Positions 63,538-64,000 of a DNA stretch of 64,000 bases are shown one piece after another. The stretch comes from an uncultured Gammaproteobacteria bacterium (GTDB lineage Bacteria; Pseudomonadota; Gammaproteobacteria; Steroidobacterales; Steroidobacteraceae), in the NCBI GenBank assembly GCA_963835645.1, contig CAWIGQ010000012.1, positions 16,954 through 80,953 of the forward strand, written 5' to 3'. Position 1 is the first letter of the stretch. Each line of letters begins with the position of its first letter. Both the position numbers and the translations under genes were made by a program. The notes under the pieces were generated by a model. The model was not told where the DNA came from. It searched no databases and saw only the letters and a list, made by a program, of their open reading frames with translations.

Positions 63538-64000
63538 ACGTGGCCTCTCGCCCGGTGAATCCGGGCAAGACGCGTACGTGTCCGCACTGCAAGGCGACGA
63601 TTCTCGAAAGCCTGAGCATCTGCCCGGGCTGCCTGCACCACCTGCGCTTCGATCAGGAAGCGGCGAAGCGCCAGGTCGCGGCCACGTCGGCGCTCCGCGT
63701 CGAGGGGGTGATCCGTCACCCTCCGCTCGAGGAGCCGTGGGAGTATTTCGTGGTCATTTCTGTGCGCAATGATCGCGGCGAGGAAGTGGCGCGCCAGGTG
63801 GTGAACGTCGGCGCCCTGCAGAGCACCGAGAAGCGTACCTTTACGCTCTCGGTGGACATGATGCCGCTGCAGGCGCCGGTGAGCGCGCCCAAGGCGCCGG
63901 TGAGCGCCACTCAGTCCAAGGCTCCCGTGAGCGCCAGCGCACCGAAGGCGCCCGCGAGCGCTAACGCACCCAAATCGCCCTTCGCTCCTCCTCCTCCGCC
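63534..64000 (+). CDS. Zinc-ribbon protein with C-terminal Ala/Pro/Lys tandem repeats (partial, runs off the window)
   Basis: Not in the supplied ORF track because no stop occurs before base 64000. My own translation from ATG 63534 (ATGA overlap with the bactofilin stop) gives MNVASRPVNPGKTRTCPHCKATILESLSICPGCLHHLRF..., with CxxC-x10-CxxC at 63579-63632, followed by APVSAxxxK repeats. Confidence 0.6.
   Translation, partial: MNVASRPVNPGKTRTCPHCKATILESLSICPGCLHHLRFDQEAAKRQVAATSALRVEGVIRHPPLEEPWEYFVVISVRNDRGEEVARQVVNVGALQSTEKRTFTLSVDMMPLQAPVSAPKAPVSATQSKAPVSASAPKAPASANAPKSPFAPPPP
63873..63974 (+). repeat. Imperfect in-frame tandem repeat (21/27/27/27 nt) encoding APVSAPK / APVSATQSK / APVSASAPK / APASANAPK
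   Basis: Read directly. The units start at 63873, 63894, 63921 and 63948 and share GC(G/T)CC(G/C)G(T/C)GAGCGC...AA(G/A). The array may continue beyond the window. Confidence 0.7.

Noticed and set aside
1-64000. A search by eye for CRISPR arrays, tRNA or rRNA genes, IS elements, integrases, reverse transcriptases or phage structural genes.
   Set aside because: No regularly spaced direct repeats, no cloverleaf-compatible intergenic sequence, and no transposase, integrase or RT motifs appear in any translated frame. The only mobile-type modules seen are the two small TA-like cassettes.

Overview
GC-rich (by eye about 65-70% G+C) proteobacterial chromosomal segment. No rRNA, tRNA, CRISPR array, transposase or integrase was recognised. 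Bases 1-1470 are housekeeping genes (partial CDS, rnhA, dnaQ). From about 1.5 kb to 62.8 kb nearly every gene is on the + strand and belongs to one very large surface-polysaccharide (O-antigen, capsule or EPS) locus. Many neighbouring genes overlap by 1-4 nt (ATGA, GTGA, TTGA, TGATG), which suggests long translationally coupled operons.

Modules recognised:
- (a) 1495-7352: a TviB/WbpO-like UDP-HexNAc dehydrogenase, a uronate 4-epimerase, a DegT aminotransferase and pgi. An opposite-strand BrnT/BrnA toxin-antitoxin pair interrupts this module.
- (b) 7497-14476: export and regulation genes. These are a giant multi-SLBB outer-membrane polysaccharide export (OPX) protein, an RfaH-like NusG paralog, a short Wzz-type co-polymerase, a MarR-type regulator and an MsbA/PglK-like ABC exporter.
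- (c) 14473-28653: a legionaminic-acid-type nonulosonic acid pathway (legB/C/H/I/G, ptmE-like, legF). Extra tailoring genes are inserted in it: WbqC, a second DegT, a PIG-L deacetylase, a PhyH dioxygenase, a methyltransferase and a frameshifted AsnB-like amidotransferase.
- (d) 28666-40322: a second module of unknown product. It holds a 2-hydroxyacid dehydrogenase, SDRs, three methyltransferases, an O-acyltransferase, a HAD phosphatase, an HpcH/HpaI aldolase, a KdsB-like cytidylyltransferase and a 671-aa unknown protein.
- (e) 40322-44535: a CDP-6-deoxyhexose module.
- (f) 44532-57701: assembly genes, namely a GT2, a Wzy-like polymerase, two GT4s, an AsnB/WbpS-like amidotransferase, a secreted beta-helix protein, and WbpV/WbpL/WbpM-like initiation genes.
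- (g) 57837-62758: precursor supply (ugd, manC, algC/manB), with a small nucleotidyltransferase two-gene cassette inserted.

The window ends with a bactofilin gene translationally coupled to a zinc-ribbon, Ala/Pro/Lys-repeat protein that runs off the 3' edge.

The most interesting signals are:
- an ops-like 12-mer next to the locus-embedded RfaH paralog;
- two CMP-sugar synthetases, each followed by an uncharacterised protein with a His-Pro plus Ser/Thr motif pair (candidate novel ulosonic-acid transferases);
- an aldolase-plus-KdsB module that could make a non-canonical 3-deoxy-2-ulosonic acid;
- a dioxygenase embedded in the nonulosonic acid operon.

All functional calls come from reading the translated ORFs for family-typical motifs. 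No database search was run.
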